From NCBI GenBank assembly GCA_046726415.1, contig JBKPAK010000013.1, positions 1-64,000 on the forward strand: 64,000 nt of DNA, in the 5' to 3' direction. A program made the translations under genes and the position numbers. Of the stretch, positions 17,160-27,373 are shown piece after piece. The notes below the pieces were generated by a model. The model searched no databases. It was not told where the DNA came from and was given only the letters and a program-made list of their open reading frames with translations. The first letter of the stretch is position 1. Each line of letters starts with the position of its first letter. The stretch comes from Candidatus Methylomirabilota bacterium (GTDB lineage: Bacteria > Methylomirabilota > Methylomirabilia > Rokubacteriales > CSP1-6).

Positions 17160-18386
17160 ATGTCCAGGAGAGCGAGGATCCTTCAATTGTGCCTTGGCGT
17201 TGTGATGCTGTGTATCATGTCGAATCCCGCTGTTGCAGCCTCTGTTACCGCCACCAGTTGCTCGTCGTCGGCCGTGCAAGCCGCCATTGATTCCGCTAGC
17301 GCCGGGGATACAGTTCAGGTGCCGGCCGGAGCCTGCACTTGGAGCACTGCCGTCACGATTCCGGCCACTAAGAAGATCACATTGGCCGGCGCCGGAATGA
17401 ACTCGACTGTGATCACGCGCTCTCCGGCCGGGGTCGCTATCAACATGACCACATCGGGGTCTCGGGTGACGGCTATGGGGTTTGTTGAGGGCGGTATGCA
17501 GGTGGATGGAGACGATTGGCGCGTCGATAATACGAAGGTGACCAGCTCGTCCGCGTTCTTCGATGGCGTGCATGCCAGAGGAGATCGACGGGGCACGCAT
17601 CCAAGAGGGGTCGTCGATCATAACGTGTTCGTGAATGCGAAGGTCTTGGTAATTGGCGACGCGGTCCTCGCAGCCCATGCTCTGTGGTCCCAGCCCTCGC
17701 CGTTGCTTGGCTCGCCGCAACGGGTGTTCATCGAGGACAACACGTTCACAGGAACTAGGTGGACTAGTGCTGTAGATACCAATTACGGCGGGAGCTTTGT
17801 GTTTCGACACAACACCTTGACGAACATGTATATCGAAGTACACTCGCTCCAGCAGGGTCGTGCCTCGAGAAGCTGGGAAATCTATAACAATACCCAGGAC
17901 GCGCCGACAGCGGGCATCATGTGGACGCCGATGTTCATTCGCGGTGGGACTGGTGTGATCTACAACAACACTGTCACGGGGGCCTGGACGCAGCCTAAGA
18001 TCACCCTGGACAACATTCGGAGCTTCTTGACCGGTTATGACTACGGTGTCTGCGATGGCAGGTCGGCGGCAGACGGTAACCAGCTCGCGAACGGCTGGCC
18101 GTGTCGAGACCAGATCGGACGAGGGAAAGATAGCGCCCTTTGGACGACTTCAAATCCGTATCCGCCGCAAGCGTCGGAGCCGGCCTACTTCTGGAACAAT
18201 ACCATCCAGGGGGGCGGGGCTCTGGGCGTGTCCATTCACAACAACTGTGATGCCTGGATCGTGTCAGGTCGTGACTACTTCAATGATACTGCACGGCCGG
18301 ACTATACGCCGTATCCGTATCCCCATCCATTGGTGTCCGGGGGAGGCGGGCCACCTCGCGCGCCGACGGGTCTGACCGTCCGGTAG
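17160..18386 (+). CDS. Secreted right-handed beta-helix (pectin-lyase-fold) protein
   Basis: Signal peptide ending AVA-A; AVQAAIDSASAGDTVQVPAG cap; repeated VDHNVF/IEDNTF/FRHNTL/IYNNT strands; ends in PRAPTGLTVR. Confidence 0.78.
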   Translation: MSRRARILQLCLGVVMLCIMSNPAVAASVTATSCSSSAVQAAIDSASAGDTVQVPAGACTWSTAVTIPATKKITLAGAGMNSTVITRSPAGVAINMTTSGSRVTAMGFVEGGMQVDGDDWRVDNTKVTSSSAFFDGVHARGDRRGTHPRGVVDHNVFVNAKVLVIGDAVLAAHALWSQPSPLLGSPQRVFIEDNTFTGTRWTSAVDTNYGGSFVFRHNTLTNMYIEVHSLQQGRASRSWEIYNNTQDAPTAGIMWTPMFIRGGTGVIYNNTVTGAWTQPKITLDNIRSFLTGYDYGVCDGRSAADGNQLANGWPCRDQIGRGKDSALWTTSNPYPPQASEPAYFWNNTIQGGGALGVSIHNNCDAWIVSGRDYFNDTARPDYTPYPYPHPLVSGGGGPPRAPTGLTVR

Positions 18387-18476
18387 GGATCGCGGTCGCG
18401 AAGCGGCGCGCGGTACTCCAGCTGGGGCCCCTGGGCGAGCCGGCGCGGCAGCTCGGAGCACGCGCTTCTAGGTCCT

Positions 18477-19652
18477 TCACCTAAAGCCTGTCTGAGACGG
18501 GCTTGCCGAGACGTTGAATTGGTGCCCGAGGAAGGCTGCCACAGTTTCGCCTATCACCCTGTAACCGTTCGTGGCGGGGTGCATATCGCGGTCGCTCTTG
18601 GTGTAAATCTGATCTGCGCTCTTACTCCTCAAGGCGGGGAGCGTGTCCACGTATGGAATCTTGGCCTGGTCGAGGAATTCCAGCAAGCGTTGTCTGGCTT
18701 CTCGCTCGTTGTTCACGAGGTCGGCGACCACCTCTTTTAAAGGGAGGTAGGGATCGCGCAAGAGATGGTCCGTAAAGACCGTCTCTTTTGTGGGAATCAG
18801 GACCACCACCAGCTGGCAGCCATTCTCGTGGCATGCGTGGTTCATCAGCGCCAGCAGCTCAAACGTGATGCGCATACCCTCACGCACGGCGGCATTGCTC
18901 TGATCCAATCTGGCCCGGATTCCTATCGGACGAAACGCCTCGTGAATCCTTGGGTTCTCAAGGATTAGAGACGTTACTGCCCCATCAGCCTGTGCGGCTC
19001 GACGAATCTGCAGGGCGCCCTTGAGGGGACCCAGCACGGGGCCGTGAACAATAAGCTGATAGATGACGCTATTGCGGGAAAGCCACGTCCGGAATCTCTG
19101 AGACCCGCCGGGACTCTCGGTCGTAGAGGGCCAAATATTCGCGTCAACGCGATCCCAACTGCCCTTTCTCAGAAAAGACCAGTAGTCCTTTCCATACGTC
19201 ATTAGGAAGGCGTTCTCGAAGTCGTCGCCCATATAGAGGCCACAGAGGACCCAACGCGGCTTCAGCTTGAGCGCGGAGGTCTTAAGCAGATGGTAATACT
19301 GATTCGGCCCGTAACCGCCGAGGCTGAGGCTGTAAACGCGTTCCCCCGTCAGACGCGCCAGCACAGAGGGCCAAGAGGCGGACATCGTCGCGTTATTCCC
19401 GTAGGTGTGGGAGTCGCCGATGGCCACGATGTCGGCGGTCGAGGGCACGCCGAGGTTTCTGAATCCCCACTCATCGAAACCTACCGTCCCAGGGGCGACT
19501 CTGATTCCCAGTATGTCGTCCGGCGCGGTCGTGACCGACAGATAGTCCGCTGGGTTCAGGAGCATGTGGGCGCCCGCCTCACTCAGGAGAAGACCCATGG
19601 TGAGGGAGATGAGCATGACCCCGGCATTGGTGATAATCCGCTTGATTCGCAT
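18477..19652 (-). CDS. SGNH/GDSL hydrolase (AlgX/AlgJ-like polysaccharide O-acyl enzyme)
   Basis: N-terminal TM, GFR, AIGDSHTYG, GYGPNQY, DMHPATNGY; AGGAG upstream of ATG 19652. Confidence 0.85.
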   Translation of the reverse strand: MRIKRIITNAGVMLISLTMGLLLSEAGAHMLLNPADYLSVTTAPDDILGIRVAPGTVGFDEWGFRNLGVPSTADIVAIGDSHTYGNNATMSASWPSVLARLTGERVYSLSLGGYGPNQYYHLLKTSALKLKPRWVLCGLYMGDDFENAFLMTYGKDYWSFLRKGSWDRVDANIWPSTTESPGGSQRFRTWLSRNSVIYQLIVHGPVLGPLKGALQIRRAAQADGAVTSLILENPRIHEAFRPIGIRARLDQSNAAVREGMRITFELLALMNHACHENGCQLVVVLIPTKETVFTDHLLRDPYLPLKEVVADLVNNEREARQRLLEFLDQAKIPYVDTLPALRSKSADQIYTKSDRDMHPATNGYRVIGETVAAFLGHQFNVSASPSQTGFR

Positions 19653-19669
19653 GGCGGGAGGGTGCTCCT

Positions 19670-20075
19670 GGTTACGGTGCAGCGTGGTGTGAAGAGGCGG
19701 CGCCAAGTGAGCGATGCGTTCGGCAGAATGACAAGAGCCGTTCGCGCTGCCTGACGACCGCAGTCGCTCAAGGCGCCGGTGGCCATGTGAAACTGCCCCA
19801 GAAGCTGGACATCCTGTCCATGCGTCCCGCCAAGACGGCGCTTGAAATGGTACGTGCCGGGAGTGGCAGCAGGGACCGGTCGAGATCATAATTCACGAAG
19901 CCTTGCTCTTTCAGCCAGCGGACGAAAGTCCACTGAATGAGGTACGACGCGTTGGTCGTCAGGCCGCCGTCAGTCGTGGCTCTGCAGATGTAGACGCGCC
20001 AATAGCAAAGAAGATCGCGCCCGGCGCAGAGCGTACCGTTGAGGCAGCAGAGAATCACTCTCAGCTTGCGCGCTG
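19670..20075 (-). pseudogene. 3' fragment of a FemAB/GNAT-like gene, frameshifted and cut by the IS block
   Basis: LRVILCCLNG...ATTDGGLTTNASYLIQW...YDL, then in another frame TPGTYHFKRRLGG..GQDVQLLGQF; aligns by eye with the C-terminus of 24489-25583. Confidence 0.75.
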
Positions 20076-20210
20076 CCGGGAAACCGCGCTTGAACGAGCT
20101 GCCCTCGGTGGACAGGCAAAACCCGCCAGTCGTGGACACCTGAAACCGGCCAGTGAGGTAGCAGCCCCAGGACGTTGACGCGGCGGAAGCCGATGTGGTT
20201 CCCCGCCGGG

Positions 20211-20431
20211 ATGGCCAACATCTCGGGAGACGGTGAGAGGCAACAGATTCTCGCTCTGGGACGGCTCGGCTGGCCGCTCCGCCGCATCGAACAGGCGACC
20301 GGGGATCCGGCGGCGAGATGGCGAGTGCCTACCGCAAGGCCGCTGGGATCGCGATCCGGGTCCCCCGCCAGCGCCAGCCGCCGCCAAATCCGGCCAGTCA
20401 GGTGTCCACCGAGCTGGCAAACCCGGCCAGT
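20211..20431 (+). pseudogene. istA: IS21 transposase istA, 5' fragment
   Basis: MANISGDGERQQILALGRLGWPLRRIEQATG HTH start, then frameshift. Confidence 0.7.
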
Positions 20432-20521
20432 GAGATCCTATGAAGGCAAGGAAGAGCGGGCCGCTGCTGGTAAGCTCCTTCAACCTTGTTCGCCCAAACG
20501 AGGGAGAGAGGAGCCAAGACG

Positions 20522-21177
20522 ATGACCAGAGCGACCCGCCGCGCCGAGTATACCGGACCCACCGCGCCGTGCCTGTACCTGGCGTTCGAGTTAGGGATCG
20601 CCGAATGGAAGCTCGGGTTCGCGACCGACCCGGGTGCGAAACCACAGGTGCGGGCGATGCCGGGGCGCGATCTCGAGCGGCTGACGAGGGAGATCGTGGA
20701 AGCCAAGAAATGGTTTGGCTTGCCGTCGGGCACCCCGGTGCGGAGTTGCTACGAGGCGGGGCGCGACGGCTTCTGGCTACACCGGTACTTGACCTCAGTC
20801 GGAATTGAAAACGCCGTGGTGGACTCGTCGAGTATCGAGGTGAATCGACGGCTGCGGCGAGCGAAGTCGGACCGGCTAGACGTCCGCAAGTTAGTCGGAA
20901 TGCTGCTGCGCCACCACGCGGGCGAGCGCAATGTCTGGAGCGTCGTGCGAGTGCCGACCGAGGAGGAGGAGGATCGGCGCCAGCTGCATCGCGAGCTCCG
21001 GACGTTGAAGAAGGAACGCACTCGGGTGACGAACCGGGTGAAGGGCCTGCTGGCGAGCCACGGCGTCCGGCTGCCGAAGGGCCTGGCCGTCCGATCCGCG
21101 CTGGAGACGGTGCGCCTGTGGGACGGCTCGCCCTTGCCGGCGGCGCTGCGGGCACGGTTGGAGCGGGAACGGGAGCA
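20522..21177 (+). pseudogene. IS110-family transposase, N-terminal RuvC-like domain only
   Basis: LYLAFELG, SCYEAGRDGFWLHR, VVDSSSIEVNRR.RRAKSDRLD, EEEDRRQLHRE; the C-terminal half is replaced by istA sequence. Confidence 0.85.
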
Positions 21178-21684
21178 CCGCCGGCGCCTACTACGCGCCC
21201 CCACCGGGCTGGCTGGGGCGCGCGGTCGCCGTCCAGTGGGATGAGCATCACGTCCGCTTGCTCGATCACACGACCGGCACGCTCCTCCGCGAACACCCGC
21301 GCCAGCCTCGCGGGCGCCACGCGATCCATCCCGCCGATCGGCCCTGCGCACGCCGCCGACCACGCTGGCCCTGCTGGCCCGGGCCGCGCGGGCCGGCGCC
21401 GCCATCGGCACCTCTGTGAGGCCATCCACCGCCGTGATGGCGAGCCCGGCGTGCGCCGCATCCTCGGCGTCCTCGCCCTCGTGCGCAAGCACGGCGCCGT
21501 CGTGGTCACGGAGGCCGGCGCCGCCTTGGAGTTCGGGGTCGCCGACTACCGCTTCGTCCGCCGCTATCTCGAGCGGCACCCGGCGGGGCCCCTCACCCTG
21601 CGGCAGGTCGATCTGCTCATCCGGGAGCTCACCCACTACCGCGACGTCATCGCGCGGAAAACCCAGGAGGTCCCCATGCCATGA
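21178..21684 (+). pseudogene. istA: IS21 transposase istA, 3' fragment
   Basis: GAYYAPPPGWLGRAVAVQWD..VRLLD..TG.LLREH, then after a frameshift VRRILGVLAL...YRFVRRYLER...IRELTHYRD. Confidence 0.75.
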
Positions 21685-22430
21685 ACCTCGTCGAACGACA
21701 ACGCGCCCTGCGGCAGCTCCGCTGCTCTGGCATGGCCGGCGGTCTCGAGGCCTGTCTGCTCGAAGCCCAGGCCGAGAAACTGGCCCCCATCGATTTCCTT
21801 GCCCGCCTCGTCCTGGACGAACTCCTCCGCCACCAGAATCGCCTTCTCGAGCGCCGCGTGAAGCAGGCGGGCTTCCGCGACGCGGACAAGCGCCTCGACA
21901 CGTTCGACTTCGAGTTCAACAAGAAGATGAACCGCGCCCTCGTCTTCGAGCTGACCACCGCGCGCTGGATCACCCAGCGCCAGGACGCCTTGTTCCTCGG
22001 GGCGCCGGGCGTGGCGAAATCCCGCCTGGCCATCGGCCTCGGCCTCAAAGCCATTGAGCACGGCCATCGCGTGTTGTTCGCCACCGCCACCGACCTCATC
22101 ACCGCCCTCACGCGCGCCGCCAGCCACGGCCGCCTGGACGAGCACCGTCCCCCGACTGCTCATCATCGATGAGATCGGCTATCTCACCGATCGACCGCGC
22201 CGGAGCCAACTTGTTCTTCCAGCTCATTAGCCGTCGGCCCCATGATCCTCACCAGCAACCAGAGCTTTGCGAGCTGGGGCGAGGTCTTCGGGGACCGGAT
22301 CATCGCGACCGCAATCCTCGATCGGGTCTTCCATCACGCCATCACGGTGAACATCCGCGGCAATTGCTACCGGCGGAAGGACAAGCTCAAAGCCGGTCTT
22401 GTCAAGCCGAGCGAGGCCACCACTACTTGA
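21681..22430 (+). pseudogene. istB: IS21 helper ATPase istB, frameshifted
   Basis: LDTFDFEFN, damaged Walker A GAPGVAKS, LIIDEIGY, ILTSNQSFASWGEVFGD, AILDRVFHH spread over three frames. Confidence 0.88.
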
Positions 22431-22633
22431 CCCGGGAGGTGGGAAAAACGATCCTGTCCGCGCTCATTTCTGCACCGGAAAATAGCTAAGCTAGGCCCAA
22501 ACCACTTGGTAGAGCCTGTCGAGGAGCGGCGCGTGCCCTCGTGCCCGTCGAGTTACTTCGACGGCGAGCAGGTGAGCATCAACGCTCCACCCAGGGTCAG
22601 GACGGAGGTGTTGGCCTCGAAGGACGAGTGCCT

Positions 22634-24016
22634 TCAAGACCGCGTGGTTCCTGCAGGGTACGACCGGGGCCCCGCCACGAGCGTGGTAACCGGGGTCCGC
22701 GGAAGGGCGCGATAGTCCATGAGGGCGAAGACGGTGGCGAGCCAGAGGATGCTCAGCTTGTTGAATGACGCCTCGCTGAAGTTGTGAATGATGGCCAGGA
22801 TGATCAGCACGAACCGGAGGGCGCCGTCGGGTGCGCGGCGCACCGATGCCCCTCTGGCCTGACGGTAGCCGGCGATCAGCAAGAGTGCCAGGAGACCAAC
22901 GCCAACCAGACCGCCGTTCAGGTACGTCTCGAGATAGCCATTGTGGGCCTGAATGATTCCGCCCACGCTGTCGTGCAACTGCACCAGCCGCTGCCCAGCC
23001 CAAAAACTGTTGAAACCCGCGCCCACTAGCGGATTGTCCTGGTACCTGAGCAGAATGGGCCAGATCTCGGTGCGAGTGGTCAGAGTCATATCCCGCCCCA
23101 GGCTCCGGACAAAGGCTTCCTTGATGGCGAAGAAGGAGTCGAATATCCATAAGGCGAGAATCGCTCCCAGGCCATAGGCTTCGACTCGCCAGAGGCTCTG
23201 TCGCGCTGAGGGTCGAGCAAGTGCAAGGAGGAGTACGGTTCCAAGGATAGCGCACACCAGGGACGTGGCACTGTCGGCTATGATCAGAAGATACCACGAC
23301 ATCAGCAGCACGGAGGCGCGTCCGACCCATAGGGTCTTGGCCGCGACGCCTCGCGGCAAGCCGCTTGCCTGCCAAAGGTCCCAGAGTAGGAACAGGCTGG
23401 CCACGAGGGCGAGCATGCCCAGGCTGTTTTTTTGCGTGGTCACGCCAACGTACATTAATTCGTTGAGGTTATAGCCCACGTAGACACGGCCCAAGTCCGG
23501 AAAATAACGAATGAGGACCACTGAAGTGGGGACACAGATGTAGGCAGCCCTCACGAAGGCCGCCTTAACAGCTTCGGCCGGATCGCGACCGGTCAAAAGC
23601 ACCAGCGTCATAACAACATTGCCGAGATCCTTGACTATTCGTTTGACGGTGATCAAGGGATAGTCTGACCAGAGAACGCTCATGAGCCAGAAAAGGTAGA
23701 ATATTGCCAACCATCGATTGTCATCCAGGACTGCCGACGGATGAATATGCCGTCTGATGAGGACAATCAGCCCTATCACAATCAGAGACATATAGATGAT
23801 CGCCTCAACCGCATGGCCCTCGTCGTAGGATTGAAGTGAGTCACTGACTTGGCCTGGGTCGGCGAACCAACTCGTGACCGAACGTGAGGCATAGATCACC
23901 GCCCACGTCACGACGACCCACGTGGTCGGGGACACGGAGGGGCGCGCCCGGGCGTCAGCATACAGAAGCCAGGCAATGCCAAGGCTCGCTGCGAGGAGGG
24001 CGAAGTTTCCAGTCAT
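22634..24016 (-). CDS. wzy: O-antigen ligase/polymerase family protein (probable Wzy)
   Basis: About 12 TM segments; QKNSLG, SATSL, RDMTLTTRTEIW, PLVGAGF, QAHNGYLE. Confidence 0.85.
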   Translation of the reverse strand: MTGNFALLAASLGIAWLLYADARARPSVSPTTWVVVTWAVIYASRSVTSWFADPGQVSDSLQSYDEGHAVEAIIYMSLIVIGLIVLIRRHIHPSAVLDDNRWLAIFYLFWLMSVLWSDYPLITVKRIVKDLGNVVMTLVLLTGRDPAEAVKAAFVRAAYICVPTSVVLIRYFPDLGRVYVGYNLNELMYVGVTTQKNSLGMLALVASLFLLWDLWQASGLPRGVAAKTLWVGRASVLLMSWYLLIIADSATSLVCAILGTVLLLALARPSARQSLWRVEAYGLGAILALWIFDSFFAIKEAFVRSLGRDMTLTTRTEIWPILLRYQDNPLVGAGFNSFWAGQRLVQLHDSVGGIIQAHNGYLETYLNGGLVGVGLLALLLIAGYRQARGASVRRAPDGALRFVLIILAIIHNFSEASFNKLSILWLATVFALMDYRALPRTPVTTLVAGPRSYPAGTTRS

Positions 24017-24156
24017 AGTACTCTGGTGCCCCGCGACCAAGACGGCGGTCGCCCGAGGGCCATCGCGAGGAGCGGCGCTAGTCGTAGAGGTATGTTGCTG
24101 CTACCAGGTTGAGCTTCATGGTGGCCAGGATCTTCCTGGCGTGATAGCAGAGTCTC

Positions 24157-24492
24157 CTAGTGTCATCTCTCTGAGATAAGTTTGCTATTAGACGAGACCG
24201 CGGTGCCCATGGTGAAGACGTGGCCCCAGGGAGCATCCGCGCTTTCACTTTTACTTCACCCCAACTGGCCACGCCTGGCTGAGTCTCGCCGGGCGCTTCG
24301 TCACCGAGATTCCGCGCAAACGCCTTCGACGCGGCACCTTCCGGAGCGCGCCGGCGCTGATCGCCGCCATTCGCAGCTACGTCTGCTAACATAAACGGAG
24401 ATCCCCGGCCCTTCAGCCTGAAGGCCTCGGGCCTCATCGATCTTGTACGAGATCAAACGGTATGAAGAAGCTTATTAGAGAGAGGACACTAG
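24157..24492 (+). mobile_element. IS630-derived internally deleted element (about 335 bp) with terminal inverted repeats
   Basis: Left CTAGTGTCATCTCTCTGAGATAAGTTT versus reverse complement of right CTAGTGTCCTCTCTCTAATAAGCTT; inside HPRFHFYFTPTGHAWLSL..RFVTEI.RKRLRRGTFRS (IS630 C-terminus). Confidence 0.85.
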
Positions 24493-25583
24493 CTAGCTAG
24501 GGGGGTGCATATCTGCCCGAGAATGCTTTTCATGCGATCGCGCTGCGCCTTGACGACATCGGCGAGTTGCAAGAGGAGCTTGCCCCGGAGGCCGCGATAG
24601 GCATCAAAGTCGCCGGGAGACTCGACTTCCTCCCCGTTCTTACCGGACAGACCGACCTTGAAGGAATACACGCCAGGATTTACTTTGCTGTTGACCCCGT
24701 GCAGATCATACTCGGTGCAGCTGATGGATTTGAGCCACTCTATGACACGCCATTGGACGGCATACGCGGCCTTATTGCGAAGGCCGGTGTCGGCGGTCGC
24801 GCCGAAAAGATACACGCCGCGGCGTCCGATGGCGCTGCAGATCGCGCCGGCAGATGGCTGACCATTCGAGAGCCCTAGGATAACTTTCATCTTGTGGCCG
24901 GCGGGGAGCATGCCCTGAATGGCCAGGAAAGCCCGGATGTTGCCGGGCTCGGCGAGGCGTTTCCTGGCTAACATCTGCCTGTACATCGGCAGGAAGAGAT
25001 CGAACATTGCGTCATCGGAACCATCCACTAGGGTAAGGTCGTTCTTCTCAGCCCGGTTTAGGCAATTACGCCACTTCTGATCTAGGCCTTTGCGCAACTC
25101 GTCGAGCGATCGGTCTAGGCGAATGAGGATGGTGCGAGGGCGCGGCTTGGACGGCGCATGCGCGTAGCCCTCGGCGAGGAAGTGTGGGACGTAGTCCGGG
25201 CCGGCGCCATCGGCGAACTGGGGACTGATCCTCAACGCGATGCCCCGGTTGACGGCGTACTCCTGCCGGAGGAGTCTGATGGCCTCCCGCAGAACGTTGA
25301 GGTCGTGGTCGCCGTTCTGGCGTTGCCAAAGCGGTGCGCGGGGAACATAGGCGATGCAGCTGCCGAGGAGCGGCACGCGGATGAGGCGGATTTGCGCCGC
25401 CGCGACGACCTCGGACCCTCGGCGGAGAAGGAAGTGCTCGAGGCTTGACGATGGGGACATGGCGGTGAAGAAAGGAATTGTCTGAAAGATGCTGGCGTCG
25501 TGGAAGCCATCGAGAACGCGGTGCCAGTGCTCCTGGTCCAGCGTCTGGATAGTATGTGAGAGCGTACAGTATTGGGCGCGCAT
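24489..25583 (-). CDS. FemAB/FemX-like double-GNAT protein (putative aminoacyl/acyl transferase)
   Basis: DASIFQT, IAYVPRAPL, TILIRLDRSLDEL, KWRNCLNRAEK, YLFGAT, YDLHGV, GVYSFK. Confidence 0.85.
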   Translation of the reverse strand: MRAQYCTLSHTIQTLDQEHWHRVLDGFHDASIFQTIPFFTAMSPSSSLEHFLLRRGSEVVAAAQIRLIRVPLLGSCIAYVPRAPLWQRQNGDHDLNVLREAIRLLRQEYAVNRGIALRISPQFADGAGPDYVPHFLAEGYAHAPSKPRPRTILIRLDRSLDELRKGLDQKWRNCLNRAEKNDLTLVDGSDDAMFDLFLPMYRQMLARKRLAEPGNIRAFLAIQGMLPAGHKMKVILGLSNGQPSAGAICSAIGRRGVYLFGATADTGLRNKAAYAVQWRVIEWLKSISCTEYDLHGVNSKVNPGVYSFKVGLSGKNGEEVESPGDFDAYRGLRGKLLLQLADVVKAQRDRMKSILGQICTPLAS

Positions 25584-25598
25584 GGGATCGCCTAGGAG

Positions 25599-26363
25599 CT
25601 AGCCGTCGGTACTAGCCAGAACGATGGTGTGCGACTGAGAGAACGAGGGGAGGGCTCGTGAGCACCTCTCAAGGGCGACGAAGGTGGATAGCGGCAGCCG
25701 GGTGAACGCGCGGGCGGCTAAGGTGTTCCAGCGGCCGCGCGACAGGCTGAGGGCCAGTTGGTCGGAGCGGCGCGCAACGGCCTCCAGGGTGCTCACGATC
25801 CGAAGGTGCAAGACCTGGAAGGCAATGATGCGAAACTCTGTGCGGACGAGGTCCAACAACTGGTCCGGCGAGAAGTATGGGGCATGGGAGATGAGGGAAG
25901 AGAACACCGCATATCCCCCCTTCCGGAGGAGCCCGCGTATTGAAGCGAGAGCACGCGCACGTTCTTCACTCTCCAAGTAGTACAGGACCTCGAGACAAAC
26001 GGCGAGGTCGAACGGAGCCTGATGCCATGCCCCCAGGGAAAGGATGGAATCTCGAGCGAAGGTGATATGAGGGAATCGGCGGCGGGCCCTCTCGACAGCG
26101 GTCTGGACGAAGTCGACACCCAACAATACGCTGAGACTGGGCATGCTCCTGGAGAGTAAGGCGGTGAAGTCACCAGTGGCGCAGCCGATGTCGATGGCGC
26201 GAACCAGCGGTTGGGGCACACGTTCGAGGAGCTTGAGGACGCCACGATAGCGAAGTGCCTGCGAAGGACGCCAAGTGAGGCCCCAGGGGTCATCGGTCGC
26301 GTTATGATATTGAGTGGTAAACCATTCCAGACTACCGTAGCTGGTGGGCGTCGGAGATGTCAC
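25599..26363 (-). CDS. Class I SAM-dependent methyltransferase, NodS-like
   Basis: DDPW, IDIGCATGDFT, AVERAR, FDLAVCLEVLYYL. Confidence 0.85.
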   Translation of the reverse strand: MTSPTPTSYGSLEWFTTQYHNATDDPWGLTWRPSQALRYRGVLKLLERVPQPLVRAIDIGCATGDFTALLSRSMPSLSVLLGVDFVQTAVERARRRFPHITFARDSILSLGAWHQAPFDLAVCLEVLYYLESEERARALASIRGLLRKGGYAVFSSLISHAPYFSPDQLLDLVRTEFRIIAFQVLHLRIVSTLEAVARRSDQLALSLSRGRWNTLAARAFTRLPLSTFVALERCSRALPSFSQSHTIVLASTDG

Positions 26364-27373
26364 GGGGCGCCTCGTGGGGGCACGTCGCCGGTGGGGGAAG
26401 AGTGCCGTCGAAGATCGAGAGACGACGGCGCGTGGCCGGGAATTAGGAATGTGGAGGTCACGGGAGTCTGGTCGCTAAGATATCTCGTGCCGAGTGGCTG
26501 CAGACCGATGGCCGCGAGTAGCTTGCCGGCATGATCCAGGAGACGGATTAGATAACGGAGGAAGAGGTGCTGGCCCAGCGGAAGCAGGAAGGGGAGGAGG
26601 AGCGCATAGAGGGGAACGGCAGCGATAGATCGCGAAATGCTTCTGGCATTGAGGAGGAGTCGCTCGTTCTGGCCGCGGAGAAGGGCTCTCCTTAGCAGGT
26701 AGCTACGTCTCCAGCGCTCAGGAGGCACAACTTCATACACTACGGCTTCGTTGCACCAGACGAAGCGATGCCCCGCGTGAATCATCCGGCGAAAGAAATC
26801 CTGGTCTTCGCCCCCGTTACCAAACTCGCGCCGAAATGGAGGCTGGGTCCGATCCAAAAGCTTCTTCTTTACGAGGGCGTTGCCGGTGCGAGTCTGCTTC
26901 CAGTGCAATCGCTGGCCCGTGCGATGCTCCGGTCGCTCGCAGAACCTGCCCCGTATGAGCCAATTTGGGGGGGGCTGGTCAAAGAATGGTCTGACGGGGC
27001 CGAGCACACCGTCGGCGTCATGGGCCTCGCAGGCGCTGAGCAGCGTCGCCAGCCAGTCGCGCGCGGGGAACTCGTCGTCGTCGATAAACGCAACGTAATC
27101 ACCTTTGGCGATGGCGATAGCCTTGTTGCGCGCCAAGGCTATGTTTTGCTCCGGCTCGACGCAGTAAGAGGTCGGGATAGAAGAAGCGGCGCTGAACGTG
27201 GTAACCACGGGTTTCGCGGACTGGAGACGGTCGTTGTCAGAGACGACTATGGAGTACGTGAATCGCCCGAAGGTGGCTTGGGCCTCGAGCTGCTCGAGAG
27301 TTCGCCGTAGGAGGTGTGGCCGCTTGTGCGTGCAAATGCACACGGCGATGGTGCTGATGGAGACCGCTGTCAT
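26360..27373 (-). CDS. Glycosyltransferase family 2 (ExoM-like)
   Basis: VCICTHKRP, VSDND, EPEQNIALARN, AFIDDDE, GGEDQDFF. Confidence 0.92.
   Translation of the reverse strand: MTAVSISTIAVCICTHKRPHLLRRTLEQLEAQATFGRFTYSIVVSDNDRLQSAKPVVTTFSAASSIPTSYCVEPEQNIALARNKAIAIAKGDYVAFIDDDEFPARDWLATLLSACEAHDADGVLGPVRPFFDQPPPNWLIRGRFCERPEHRTGQRLHWKQTRTGNALVKKKLLDRTQPPFRREFGNGGEDQDFFRRMIHAGHRFVWCNEAVVYEVVPPERWRRSYLLRRALLRGQNERLLLNARSISRSIAAVPLYALLLPFLLPLGQHLFLRYLIRLLDHAGKLLAAIGLQPLGTRYLSDQTPVTSTFLIPGHAPSSLDLRRHSSPTGDVPPRGAP

Larger units (their letters stand above)
20100..22490 (+). mobile_element. Degenerate IS21-family element (istA in two pieces, frameshifted istB) with a nested IS110 fragment
   Basis: Left end TG...GTGGACAGGCAAAACCCGCCAGT / GTGGACACCTGAAACCGGCCAGT tandem motifs at 20100-20154; right boundary approximate. 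Confidence 0.85.
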
